A stretch of DNA of 58,166 nt, filler included, from Catajapyx aquilonaris (Eukaryota): the NCBI GenBank assembly GCA_000934665.2. It is 2 parts of 2 records of this genome, joined end to end, with 100 filler letters (N's around TTAATTAATTAA, not from the genome) between each part and the next. Parts side by side here need not be neighbours in the genome. Positions count along the whole stretch, not along the records: positions 29,266 to 58,166 come from KZ539232.1; 1 more part is not named here. One strand, given 5' to 3'. The notes under the pieces are model-generated. The model ran no database searches. It was not told the DNA's origin and worked only from the letters and a program-made list of their open reading frames with translations. Numbering within the stretch: the first letter of the stretch is position 1; every line of letters begins with the position of its first letter. This document shows positions 34,528 to 48,600 of this stretch, one piece after another. The position numbers and the translations under genes are program-made.

Positions 34528-34807
34528 GCAGGCGCTGGTGGTCTGGAGGTTAGCGCGCTCGCCTCTAGTCCCAAAGTTATGGGTTCGAACCCGGCTGAGG
34601 TTGATGACTTTTCTCCGGGTGGTAGAAAAGTGAGAGTGCGCCTTCCTTCGCAGGGGAAGTAAAGCCGTCGGTCCCGTGTGCTTGTGACATTGCGTGAGTG
34701 CACATTAAAGAGCCCCAGAGTGGCCAATGTTCCAGGAGGAGGACCACCCCCTGGCATTGGTGGTGAGCCTTGTGGCAGAAATAGGCCAACGTTAAGCCCC
34801 ACTGATC
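34528..34807 (+). mobile_element. tRNA-derived SINE with Deu/Nin-like central domain, 280 bp
   Basis: A/B boxes (TGGTCTGGAGG, GGTTCGAACCC), core ggaagtaaagccgtcggtcccg...cacattaaagagccc, and a perfect 15-bp TSD agtgtacacaataca (34513-34527 / 34808-34822). Confidence 0.85.
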
Positions 34808-34955
34808 AGTGTACACAATACAAAGTTCATTCTGGCAGCTTCAATGCAGTGATATAACTTCACCACACCCAATGGTTTCTCTCATTATCAGTATGTCAGA
34901 TGCTTTTGATTGTGTGGAATTTTGTGGACAATTTAAATCCTTTTGTGCCCATATA

Positions 34956-35343
34956 AAAAAAAATTAATAATAATAAAAAAATACAAAAATAAATAAAAAT
35001 AATAACAATAATAATCTTGGGGTAGTGCTTTCACCCCCTGATGGGGGGATATCACACAGACCTTTATTTTGATATTGGTACAGCTGGTGCCTATTCATTG
35101 AAGCACCCGGGCCCACGGGCAGGATGACAGGAGGGGATGTGCAAAGTGCAGTGCACGGACTGATATGGGTACATTTTGTGAACTCCCCCGGGTGGTTTAG
35201 TCTATTGGAAATACCACCCGAGACGAAGCCAGAGATGACCTAAACTCTGCACGAGATGAAGGGAGTGTCCCCGGGCTGGGATTGAACCCGGGACCTTAAC
35301 ATCCGTGGGCGCGTACGTTACCGCAACGCCACTCCGCCTCTCC
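34956..35343 (-). mobile_element. SINE family A
   Basis: Full-length copy with an A/T-rich tail and 15-bp TSD ttttgtgcccatata (34941-34955 / 35344-35358). Confidence 0.9.
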
Positions 35344-35409
35344 TTTTGTGCCCATATATCCTAATGTCAGCCTCCATCCTTGCACTCTAGTGATGCAGGC
35401 CCCACGAGA

Positions 35410-36280
35410 TATTCCAGAGGGGCTCCTTCTGGCAGTATCTCTTGACTCCGCTGCTCAACCCCAGGACTGCCGCAGAACAGGCCTACAACACTGCCCACAT
35501 ATCGACGAGGAACTGTGTTGAGAGAGCCTTCGGGGTGCTGAAGAGGCGCTTTCCAGTGCTCAAGTATGGTCTTCGCATTAAACTGAAGATAATTCCCCCT
35601 GTGGTTGTTGCTGCTGCAGTTCTGCACAACCTAGCATCCATTTTGGGGGAAGAGGAACGACCTGAAGACGTGGAGCTCACGGAATTCATTGATCAGTTGC
35701 GTCGACAAGGTGTCATGGTTGATTTTGAGGACCCCAATGTGACCCCACCCCCAAGCAATGTTCCCCAGGGTGGTACAAACGTGAGGGACGCAATCATTCG
35801 CCTGTTTGAATAAAACATCTAGTCCTAATGTCATTGGTTTTATTTCTGTGCAAAGACAGGTTCAACGCTCTGTCCAGTCAGCGATGCCAACTTGGCCTTA
35901 CGAATTGCTATTTGTAAGCGAAGTGATTCTGCTTGCAGGTCGTGCTCTCGCTCCATAGCGGCCATCTTGAGGTCATGTTCCTTTTGCCTGCACTCTGCCA
36001 TGACTTCATAGTATTTGGTCTTGGCCTGCGAGCAGCTCACAAGACCTTTCGTTGTGTCTGTCCACAGCTCTATTGCTGATGCTACAATCCGAGGCCGGTG
36101 GCGGTGTACTGGACCTACCTTCCATTTCTTGGTCACTGGCAAGGAGGCTGCTGTTGTTGCTGTGGCTGAAGTTGCTGCGGCTGTCACAGCTGCAGGTGCC
36201 TTCGAGGAGCTCTTGTTGGCAGGTGTCCCCAGCAGGGAGTTGGTCGCAAGGTTGGTCGTGTCCACAGCATTTACAGACTA
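35410..36280. mobile_element. PIF/Harbinger transposon remnant (3' ends of both genes, tail to tail)
   Basis: The + ORF ending at 35813 (YLLTPLLNPRTAAEQAYNTAHISTRNCVERAFGVLKRRF...AAAVLHN) is a HARBI1/DDE_Tnp_4 C-terminus. The convergent - ORF 35840-36265, with coiled coil KEHDLKMAAMEREHDLQ, fits the tail of the Myb/SANT partner. Confidence 0.85.
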
Positions 36281-38408
36281 ATCACAAGAGGTTCACGGGA
36301 ACACAAGTGAGACACATTTACGTAATGTACAAGTGCATGCATGCCGAGCTTTCACTACAAGTGAATTTGGCGGCAGTCAAATCCCATGCAGACGTCAGAT
36401 CATTACGTCATGGACCAATTCGGCCAATGATATGGCTTTCAGATTTGCCGATTTGACAACTCTGCATGTTACCGCTCCGTTAGTTGCAGGAGGGGGAAAG
36501 AGGGACATGTGCAACCTGTATCTCCTAAAGGTGTCTGTAACCGGTAACGGCCGTTTGTTATTGGGAGCTGTAAGGCAGCGAGGTGGATTTTTGGTGCAAC
36601 CGGGCACTAATCACAATATGTGGGAACAACTAAGTCGACTGTTATCATTGACTGCATAGATAACATCCCCTATAGCACACGTGGCATGACCTGTAGGAGA
36701 TTACCAACACTGCCAACACTAACAAAATCCTAACTTAATTTCAGCTGTACACCATAATTAAGCCTTGCTAGGAAAACTGATGTCGAGAAGTTTTGCCTAG
36801 AAATAGGTCAAGAGATTACATTACCTGAAGAAAATGATGAGTTACTAACCACCCTGTATCAAATTAATCAGGGAGAACATTAGAAGTAGGACTTGCATTT
36901 CCTCAACTGAATCATAATCCTAATTGTACCAGTTCATTTGTGACAGGGCTCCAAGTCCATCTAATATGGCAAGAAATTGGTTAAGATTGAATGAAGTTGC
37001 AAAAAACTCAGACTTACGAAACATGTCTGCAAGAGTAAAATGATTAGTCTGCAGCACACAAGGCATGACAATGCATTTAATTTTATTCATGAGTGCAAAA
37101 GTACTACATGAACAGTGGCAATCACGCCTGTGATCACTTGCACAGGAAAAGTCAGTTGTAATAAATCACTTGCACAAAGATAATGGCTATGGCATGAGCT
37201 TAACAATTGCAATCAAGTGAAATTATGGATGTGGAAGTAGAAAACTTAAGATAAACAGGGTCACAAACTGGAATGAAAAGAGGATTATGAAAATTCCAGC
37301 TCACAAGTCAGATGTAAGAAAACTTCACTTTGGCCAAACATGATACCACAAAGGAATAACCACTTCTCATGAAAATTGTATGCTGACAGCAGGAATACCG
37401 AAGCAGGTTGGTGTAGTGGATAAGGCGTCCGACTGCTAATTGGGAGGTCCTGGGTTCGAATCCCAGGGCCGACGATCCTGACCGTGGTTTTCTACAGTCT
37501 TCCTAGGATAATTCCGGGGTCGCTTTCATATAATAGGCCACAGCCGCTTCCTTCCTTCCCTATCCTTGGAGGTTGAAGAGGCAATGCCGGGCCAACCTCC
37601 CTAATATCAATTATAAAGTAGGAATGGTAATTTCCACTTGTTTCCTGCACCAAATCTGCCAGTTTTGTCTTGGCTGTCAATTCTACCTTACTTCCACACG
37701 GGCAACATACATCAATTCCTGAGGTAGTAACTCCTTCAATTACAAAATTAAACACAAAATATATCAATCATAACATGATTAAGTGCAGCACCAATTATAC
37801 TAGAAAGACACATTTGTACACCATTCATTGATGGTGGACGGTCCAAGTAACTTATAAACCCACAAGCTAATACACATTGGAGGTAGACTAGAAAAAATAT
37901 GTGACATGATCATGCATTCATAGTACTGTGAAGACTGAGGATGACACTCACTTGATTATCTTGTGAACCTGAGTCACTCCAACCTTTATACTATTCCAGT
38001 CTTCACAGCCGTATAATGAACCACAAGTACTGACTTCCCAAAATGACTTTCCCAACATTTGCCTTCCAACTGACTAGTTGTCTAACACCTACGGAATATC
38101 ATAGATGAAAGGCAACTGCATCCACACACTTTGACTCAACTTGTGTCACATCCAATGCAGTTCTTAATCATTCTTCTGGAACCCACTGGCATTATTAATA
38201 AAAGCATTATAAAACAACTCACTCAAATTAAATAAATTCACTGTTGGTCCCAATATAACAAATAAAAATTATTGAAATTGGCACCATGTCACTGTGAGAA
38301 TATTCTCGACTTACAGCACGCCTTGATGGACAATTATCCATGTCCATTACAATCAAAATAAAAAAATGTTCGTCGATACGATCAAAATCTGCCAGCATTT
38401 TGTAAATA

Positions 38409-39300
38409 CAAGGCTCATCCAGAAGGTAAGTTCCGTTTTTAAATTAGAAATACTACGAAGCACCCCCAGAATTAATATTATGCACATCTGATAGGTTCAA
38501 CTATCTACTTTTTTTTCAACATAGGTTCCCGCCAAATCTAGGCATTTGTCATAGAGTTACAGAAGATTTTGTATGTGTAGAGGAGTTTGCTGCCAGCCAT
38601 TCCTCTGCTGGACTGCAACTCCTCATCATTGTCAAACCTCTGCTTTGCATGCCATTTCTTCTTGATTGATGGAAAGGTAATCACGAGGTTCCAAATCCCT
38701 GCTCTGAGGAGGGTGATCGAGCAAATCTCCCTTGAATTGTTGGGGTAGGGTTCCAGTGCGCAAGGCAGTATGCAGGCAGGCATTGTTATGTAATAAAAAC
38801 ACAACGGAATCAACATGCCACGGAATTGGTTCAAACCAAAGGTTTACTGTGAGACATTAGAGGTTAGGGCTGGGCATTCAAAAGAAACGTAGTGGCATGT
38901 TGAATTCCAGGTGTGTTTCTTGCGCGACAATGCGGCCCGCACACTGCCTTTCGCAATGAAACCCTGCCGCAACAATTCAAGGGAGAATTGCTCGATCACC
39001 CTCCTTAGAGCAGGGATTTAGAGCCTCGTGATTACCACCTGTCCATCAATCAAGTAGAAATGGCCCGCAAAGCAGAGGTTTGGCAACAACAAGGAGTTGC
39101 AGTCCAGCAGAGAAATGGCTGGCGGCCAACTCCTATGACGTACCCAAACAAAATCTTATGACAAATGCCTAGATTTGGTGGGAAACTATGTTGAAAAAAA
39201 ATAGACAGTTGAACCTTCCAGATGTGCATAATATTAATTCTGGCAGTGCTTGTAGTTTTTCTAATAAAAAAAACGGAACTTACTTTCTGGATGAACCTCG
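38409..39300. mobile_element. Foldback mariner derivative (3' end duplicated as an inverted repeat), 892 bp
   Basis: TA|CAAGGCTCATCCAGAAGGTAAG ... CTTACTTTCTGGATGAACCTCG|TA. Both arms (about 360 bp) carry decayed sequence for the mariner HPPYSPDLAPSDYHLF / QRFDNDEEL region. Confidence 0.8.
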
Positions 39301-39610
39301 TAGCTTCGTAGGTCCTTGTGCACTTTAAAATAGTGAATAGTTTATCAAAAACCTGTTGCATACATACTGCACAGCCCATCTCATTTTGCCCCTAGCAACC
39401 GGTATCACTGGCAAGTCAATTATATGACCTTGTTAACAGAGTGAGTATCAACCATGTCATTTTAACTTAAAAGTTTATGTATTGCAAAAGGGCAACTATG
39501 TATGTCATGTGAAACAACAGCAATGAAACACGATTCTCTTGTAAAAGACAACAAAAAACACAGGTAGCTTTGTTGAATGCTGGTTGTCAATAGAACTGAC
39601 ACAGCAGACA

Positions 39611-42600
39611 TCACAACGCCCCATCCTTCAAACCTCTGGCAAATTTCCGAAGGTGCACCAAAGAGTCCAGCATAACTCCACCTAGCACCGAATCAACAAG
39701 AGTCTGTGGCAGCCAACCTTTGATGTCTGTGTCCAGCAACCATTGCACAGTGCAGCGCGATGTATCTCCATGGATGGGTTGGATAGCCCATGCTCCTGGG
39801 CCATTTTCTCCCCTGCAAAGGTTAATTTGTTCATACTGTAAAATCAGTCCATTCTCCTTTCTTGCAAACTAGCTTGCTACTTCTTAGCTATCCTAAAAGC
39901 AGGTTTTAAAATACTTTTTGATACTATACGGGGCATTCAAATGAAAATGAGCCATAAGGTCATAGCAAATTGCCGAATTAGTTTCTCATGGCATCTTCTC
40001 CACAAAATAGAAGGTGGTACAGTACCGTTCATAAAGAATGGTCCAACTCTATATGGACGAAATGTTTATTCTGTTCCCAACCCCTGGGTCGCCAGCATGT
40101 TTTTAGGGGTCACGAGGAAGTCCAGGAAAAGGGAATCAAAATAAAATAAAAAAGAGAAGAGAAAAACAAATCAAAGTAGGAAAATTTTACGGGAAAATTC
40201 ACATCAAATCTACATAAGCATTGCTCCGGGTTGAATACTTTGGTCATTAAAATTTTTATTTAAATATCGGGATGGGTCATACAAGTCACCAGAGGTCCAG
40301 AAAAGGTTGTCCATAGGGCAGGGGTATTCAACTAGTTTCTGACAAGGTCCAGTATTTACCTTTCCTGGGCCATTGAAGGTCCGGACACCCCCCCTGGACT
40401 ACACAATGCTGTTGGAACGCATTGTACAGTAGAGAGAACTATATCTTACTACCGTAGACGCGTAGAATCTTGCGAGTCCACAAGCAAGAAGTAAGCAGGG
40501 GTGATCGTCATTGATCATAATAGAGGAAATTAATTTTTTTAAAAAAAATCATATTAACCAAACTGATCACTGATTTGTATGTCTATGACACAAACACACT
40601 AATCAGTGATTAGTTTGGTTAATATTTTATATATTTTTAAAAATTTTAAAATTTTGCTAGATTAATTTAAGATCAATGACGATCACGGGAGTTTACTGCC
40701 TACTTATAGCCTTGGAAGATTCGGCGCGTCTGCGGCATTGATTGTGAAAGTATAGAATATTTATTTCTGCTGTATAGACCAGGGGTATTCAACTAGTTTA
40801 TGACTTTTATATGGTACCACAGGGTTCATTTTTGAAAATAGAAACATGTCCAGCAAGGGTAGAAGGGCCTATTAAGACATTTTCGCCCTTTATGAAGTCC
40901 TAGTAAAGAATTTTTTTCGGAGGGGCCCCGATTTCATAAGCACAAGGGGAACAAGCCGTAAAGGGCAGGGAGCCAGCCCGCCGCATGCGAAATTTTTTGT
41001 GGGGGTTCAAAGAGATTTGAAGCACTTTTTCCAAAAAAATCATGAATTAGTAACTTCGAATGCTATTTCAAACTGTCCTGTATATCGTCGCGGTCCGGAC
41101 AAAATTGCGTCGCGGTCCGGATCCGGACCGCGGTCCGCCAGTTGAATAGCCCTGCCATAGGGTTTTGTCGAATAAGGGGGCACTACAGTCAAAATCAAGG
41201 GTTTTGTAAAAAAATCGCAAAAAAAAACCATTAGAGACGAGAAGTTGGGACTTCATTTTCATGAATGTAGGCCCCTACATAAGTCAAAGACCTATTGGCC
41301 CCTATAATTGAATCGCATTCGTGTGTCAAAGGGCCTCCAGGGCAGCGTGACGTCACGCCACTGTCGACACGATTTCGGACGCTGGGATCAACCTACAACC
41401 GTCAGATTGGACCTCAGGCTTCCTTGAGCATGTAGTTTTCCATTGACCTTGAATTATAATTTTTGAAATCGTTTTAGTATTTTTTTGACAATTTCAGAAA
41501 GATAACTCAGTTTTGAGAAAACATTTAATTAAAGTTAAAATAGAAGTAGTTCGAGAAGGTTAAATCGTTTAGTCCACTGGATAGCGCCATGAGTGAGGAT
41601 AAATCTGGGGAAGTGGGAAGTTCGCAGCTAAATTTTTGTGGCCTGGGCGATGTCGACAGTGTCCAAATCCGGCAAACTGAGAAAAACGCGTTTAAAGTAA
41701 AAAGTAGGGTAACAGCGATAATGCTATTTAAAAAACGCCTGCTCCTGTCCCGCCAATTTTTTGAATTACGGAACGCTGTTTGCTGCGTTCGACGCAGGAA
41801 AAGACGCTTGATAAAAATAATAAAAAAACACTAATTTTTGAAGGTCGATGACTGTAGTGCCCCCTTAAGGTTGAGAATAATGCTTGATAATCAGGATAAA
41901 CATTTCGTACATAGAGTCATACCATTCTTTATGAGCGGGACTGTACCCCTGTTGTGCTATGATGCACTGACGGATGGAGATGCACTTGCATAACACAGTG
42001 GCAGTGTGCCTTTGTTGAGGACCTTGTGTCAAAAATCCATTCAGTCAGGATGAAAGCAACGAATGTGTGAGATTACTCAGAGGATTACTTTTTACCAGTA
42101 TAACTCACCTGACATATTTCTTGGAGGGTGGTGCAGCAGGATGTTCAACAGACTTGGTTGCTGCAAGAAAAATTCCGTCACGAGAATCGATGCGACTCAC
42201 AGTGACAAAATCCCTTGAAGCGACAACACCTCCTCCACTCTCTGCTGAGACTTGATAGGACACTTGGGTGCAGTCATCAATATGCTGCAACATGAAAAGG
42301 TAATAAGTAATGAATGTTATGACGACATAATCTTAAAAGGTGGGAAGGAGGAGGTGGGATTGCCAAACCTGGATTAGGTGACATTCCAAAACAGCAGGAT
42401 TCCATACTGTCACATGCTCAACCCGATGAAACATTGCTTCTTTCAATATCCTTGCAGGAATGTCTATAGTTCCCTAAAACAGATAATTTTTGTTTTAAGA
42501 AATTGTACATTGCACTCGGCACTCAATATTACAACATTCATGATCAAGCGCAGTGGACATAGGAGAGGTACATGATTCACTACTAATGACAAATGTGTTT

Positions 42601-45600
42601 TGGTCCACTTGGATGATTTGGCAGTGTCACCTAGACATTCTTAGGTTGCTTTTAAGGCTCATTCAATAATATTTAAATGAGCCTAATACCATATTTTAAG
42701 CATAAACATATTTTTTGGTATCATTTTTGAAAGGTGTGTAGCAAAAGACATGTGGAGAAAGAGCATTACAAAACTTTGGATGTATCATTTAGTAGCACTG
42801 AATGGGATTTACAGGTCCTCTCTGGCTCCAAGATAATTATGGCTTGCACATGAATATGGCAATACCATCTGCACCTCTAAAGTACTTTTTGAGCTGCTGC
42901 TGACAAAGGGTGTTATTCTAAGACTGATTATAATGTGCAAGTGAAAAATATTACTCTTTTGCAAATGTAAGTACTGCTGGACTGTAAAAACCCTTTACAG
43001 ATCATTATTCCTCTACAGTCAGCCTACCTACATGATGGTACAGATCTTTAGTTACTACTCCAGACAAATCCATGCTGACAAAAACATTTTTCACATGTTT
43101 CCAGATGTTGTAAGACCATGTTGACCATTTTCTCCACCAGACCTATTTCTTAGTCTTTTGGCCACCCTTTAGGCTCTTGCATGTCACAAATTTTCTGGAG
43201 GTGGCAAAGCAAGTTAAGGCCACTCACTGTCAGTGAAAGGTCTGAACCATAGCCTAGGCACTCAAAGATGCAATACTCATATAGTTTGAGACTCTGAGTA
43301 ATGTGCATAAGTCCTTTTCCAACAATTAAAGTCTTTGAGCATCATCCATTGATGCAAACCAGACCACAGTCTACACCAGCTCCCTCATACTCGTATCCCA
43401 CTAAGTGGAAATCCTCGTGCAGCTAACGTGGATGTGTGTTGGATGGCTGCTACAGCTCTGCTCAGGGGTCAGAAGCTTGTCGCAATCCAGTGAGGCTCCT
43501 CTGCACTTAGAAAAAGAGACGCGCTCACTAGGATCGCGAAAAGCTCTGACCCCTGAGCAGAGTTGTAGCACCACCCAACGCACTACCAACCTGTCAGCCC
43601 CCTGTACGAGATAAGTGGGGGAGTGACCAGGCCTGTATATTCTAGGACTGTGGTCTACACTGTGCGCCAAGTGAGCTTCACTTGTTTTACCACTCCTAGA
43701 AGGTTTTCTGCAGGCGAGAGCTTGTGAACATGAAGAGAGTCTTGGTTGGAAGTGAGTATGTTCAGCATTAGTTTACGAAATCTGGTACCACAGTGTGAAA
43801 AAGCCTCTGCCGATATAGTGTTTGTATTCAAGAGTAGCTAGAAGTATGTGCCAACATACTGCTATGCAGATTTTTCGAGGGCTTTCTTAAAAAAATCTAT
43901 ATCCCTAAATGGTTCTTTCATTCCAGATGTGGTAACACATCTTGGAATGATTTATGGCAGATATTACAAACAAGGGGGTGTCATGTACTTATCGCATATT
44001 TGGACACAAATGGCTGATCTATGTACCGCTGGTTGGGTCATGACCCTAGGGTTGGGAACCACTGATCTAGACCTACTTGAAGCTTTGAAATGTACAGTCG
44101 CCGACATATTGATTGAATCACTTGCGAGCCGATTTCTAACGTTATCCAGGATAACGTTAGAAATCGGCTCGCAAGTGATTCAATCAATATGTCGGCGACT
44201 GTACATCTTCAATGTCACTGATGAAGTCCTCTATGTCATTATTCAGATTTAGAATAATCTGCCATGCAAGTTCCCACGATCCTCACACGTTTTCAAAACA
44301 CTTTGGTCAAAAGTGTGGCCTTATGTTTCTCTCCCTCTCTCGTGATTTTTGCGTCATCTGCATACCTCGACAAATGTACATCGACAGAGCTTCAAAACCC
44401 AGTAAAAGTCCTATTTGTAACTTATCCAGTTTTCGAACAAAACAGATGCAAAGTTTCAACCGTTCTTTGCAGGGGGCCCTATTATTTTGTCTAACCCCTG
44501 TATATAAAAATTAGATAATATGGTAGACAATGTGGTTTCCACTACACTGCCACTAATATTCTCAAGGTCTTACATATATTTCAAAGTCTCATTCGAGAGA
44601 ATACAAAAATAGCACTGGATTGCTTACAATCTAGACTAGAAACTCACATTGACCATGTACACTTTTTTGCCTTTGGAGACAGTGCGGCTTACAACACTGT
44701 CACCATTTTCTTTTCCCTTCTCCAGCCTCCAGTCACGTGCATTAAGAAGTTTCCATACAGATTCAAAAGCATCTTTTCCATGGCACACATAGTCTTGTTC
44801 CTGTAATTATAATGCTTCATAAGTTGCAATTGCATACAAACAGCAACTTTGCATGAAATGAGACCACTCTCTCTCTCTGTCATGGATGCTGGGAAAATAA
44901 AATTACCAATAGCCTATGTTTTTAAAGATTTAAGAGTCCACTGACTGCAAGAAGATGAAGATGGGAAACTGGGATACAAGACTAGAACAGAAGTTACGAC
45001 CCATATTTTTACTTTCAAATCTGTTGTAGTGGAAAAGGAGTAGCTTTGCATTTTTTAGTGCAAATTATGACAATTTCAACATTTTGAAAAAGCATCTTAG
45101 GTTGTAATAATCGTGCATTAGTCAGGTCTAACTGTAATCCTCAACTACTAAAATCAAGTTCCCATCAATCAAATTCCTACCAATATTTTGCTCTCACCAT
45201 CAGACCAAATTTTATTACAACCTACTTGGGAAGACAGCGGTTTTCGCCCATGGGCACCTCTCTGGAGATCATCTTCATCATCAGACCCTGTAGAAAAGTA
45301 ACTTCTTAGTTAACTATAAGAGACCCAAACCACCAACTATGTAACACGTTATCTTCAAATGTAATCACTGAATCACTAATATGATTTCACCCAATATGAT
45401 CTTAAAAATGTAAAATGGACATAGCATCCTTCATTACATGTTCACAAGCCAACAAAAACTATAGTTTAGTGGAATACACGTCTCTGAACTTGTAACTCAC
45501 ATAACTTTTCTAGAACAGTTTCCACATATTACTATCCTACTCTTGTTACACACTGATCCGTCGGTCACTACAGTCAGAGTGAAAGGCACAATATTACTGA

Positions 45601-48600
45601 GACAACCTTCCACCAAAAATATACACAATGTACCGTACAAAGAAAGATACGCTGCATTATCTTGACAACAGTGCAACTGCCACAGCTAATAACCTACATA
45701 GCTGAAGTAATTTAAAAGACTACATAAGTGAATTCAATATTACAACTTCACAGAGCTTAGCTAAATATTACTTGTGTGCACTGTGCATTAACAATTGCTG
45801 AAGAGTGGCATCCCTACCTACAGAGAAACTTGAGTAGTACACAACCTATACCATCATACAGGGTGTATCTTACTTGTAGACCATCTGGCCACCGGCATAA
45901 TCTTTGGCACAAAAACAAGTCAAAAATGTAGAGATAAGAAATCTTGAGACACCAACAGGTAAAGATGCAAGTGATGACAAACACTTGGGTGTACCTCAGA
46001 CAAACACAGCCCCCCACATTGCAGCTTTTTAATGGTGGAAAAATCAGCAGGCAGCACCGCATGCATGTACTGTATACATTGGTTACCCATGGAGCAGGAT
46101 ATGATCGTGACATTGATACAATTTTCCGGGTCACCTTACGCACAGTAATCAGTACTCGACTCATACGTGCGCCCTATGTAACCACTTTATATGCATAGGT
46201 AGCTGCATGACAATCTTATCATTAAAGAGCTGGTGCTAGCATTCATTTAAGGGGTACCAAAATGTTCAACTTTAACTAGGTCTTTACCAGTTGGTCCCTT
46301 GACATTTCTTGCCCCTACATTTCAGCCTCTTCTGGGAACCTATTCTGTTGCCACAGCAGCAACAGCCTTTGTTGATTATTTTGCAGTGATTCTAGGTAAT
46401 TGATATGGGTGGGTTTTACCCAAAGAGTTCTGCTATTATATAATATAATACCTAGAGGAGGTACTCCCTATCCTTTTCCATTAGACAGGCTGAGGAAGCC
46501 GCCATCTTGTTGGAGGTAATATTGTTGTTCTAACAGTTGTCTAGCAACTGGGACAACAACCAATAATGACAACTGGGACGACAATTAGTTCAATAATGTC
46601 AGGCATCCGCCATCTTGTTGGAGGTAATATTGTTGCCTGCCTCACATTTCAGCCCGAGTGCCTCCTCTAGGTATATATATAATATAGCAGAACTCTTTGG
46701 TTTTACCATGTATGGTGCATGAAACCTTCAGAAATCAACACACCAAATCATGAAATCAGTTGATTTCAGAGTGGGCTGACTTAGTATCGGAACAAACAGA
46801 CAATTTGAGGACTTTTTATTTTATTTATTAAAATAAGTATAAGTAATTATTACTGCATGGATAGTAGTGTTTACTCTCCAATTGATGTAATTTCAAAATA
46901 TTTACTATTTTATGCAAAAGAATTAACATTTTTTATGAGGGTCAGTTGGAAAATCCGTTTTGCGGTACTACAGTTTCGATGCCATGTGACGAGCATGAGC
47001 AGGTATGTCAATCCTTCCGGTACTTTATAGGACGGGTAGGCTCAATCTTGCAGCTTATGCACAGGCGCGGCAGCTGTCAGACAAGACCGAGTGGCGAGCA
47101 GAGCTTGCCCGCCCATGTGTCGCCAGGAGAAGTCATGGCAGAGAGAAAGTATTGGTCACATGGACTAAGGCACAAGTTAGGACACTTGAGGACACTGTCG
47201 GAAGTTGAGGGTTTCCAGTCTATCTGGCCAGTAGTCCGGGTCTCTGGTTGTCCTTCACTCTCGCAAGATTATTCCGGAATTGCTGGCACCATATCGCCAC
47301 ACCATTTGCTCAGACATGACATGTCTGGACCATCCACCTCTACTAGCTGGTGATGAATGTCATATGTCCTATGTCGAATGTCAACCACTGGTCGAAAACA
47401 TCTGCCCTCACTTCTACCTTAGTCCAACACTGTCAGTCTGGCATGACTTTTCCTGGAGGCATGAGCTTGGCTCGCCGATCGGTCTCGTTCGATGGCTGCC
47501 GGACCCACGCATAAGCTACATGATGGCGCCTAGCTGCCTACCAGTCCTATAAAGTACCGGTAGGATGAACATTCCTGAGCATGCTCGTCTTTACCCTGTC
47601 TGTTGCACGGTGTCGAAACTGTAGCATCTCGAACCTTATTTTCTAATTGCCCCTCATATCTTTCAGTCAGCACATTCTGATTGGCTGCTGCCTGCCACCA
47701 AGTGCTCCCTTGCTCATTCCCCTCAGGCTCCCCCAATTCCCAGTTGTATGTACTTTTCACTTATACCACATGTCTAAGTCCATGACTGCACTTGGCATGA
47801 TCAAGATATGATAATAATATTGAACTGTTATAGTAAAGATTGCACTCTCTCTTTAAGACACCTGCCCACAAAACAGCATATCCTTGACCCTCACTTTTTG
47901 TGCATCAGATGTCACTATTGGATAATGTGCTTGATACCCAAGAGGGGTAGTTTGCCTCTGGACAAGCCTATGAAGTTGATTGGTCATGAGGATGTTTGTA
48001 TTTTGCAAATGTAAAAGGAGGTGGAAAACTCCAATTTTACTGAAATTAGGTCTGGCAGCCATTCACTTACTTGTTACCAAGCCATAAACAACATGAAAAA
48101 AAAACAACTGTGAACCAACTTGTGGGAATTACATCCCACACTTGTCACAACTTCTGATAATAATTGTATCCTATGCAAAAAAATGACACAAAATCTTCAA
48201 AATGTAACAAGTAGTCCTAGAACTGATTGAACAGTGTTTTTATTTGTTATTTCAAGTATTTATTGACGTACCTCCAGGAGAATCTAGTGGAGAGTAGAAG
48301 CTCCCTACTGTTTCAGTTGCATTATCATTAAACTGAAAGAAGCGCTGATGCCTGAACATCAGGTCTCGCCCCATGTTGGAAGTTGGCAACACACCACCTG
48401 CCAAAAAAAGAAGCACATAATTCAGCACATAATTTGTATTTTCCATAGAATAGGACAGGCAGCCGGTTTCTTACTATCTTTTTTTTTTTTGGGGGGGGGG
48501 GATGAGGTGGGAGNNNNNNNNNNNNNNNNNNNNNNNNNNNNNNNNNNNNNNNNNNNNNNNNNNNNNNNNNNNNNNNNNNNNNNNNNNNNNNNNNNNNNNN

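Noticed and set aside
37400..37475. tRNA-like sequences (also at 12941, 25332, 30977, 34528, 56376)
   Set aside because: A/B boxes are present, but each continues into a shared repeat body and lacks a clean cloverleaf; these are SINE heads, not tRNA genes.
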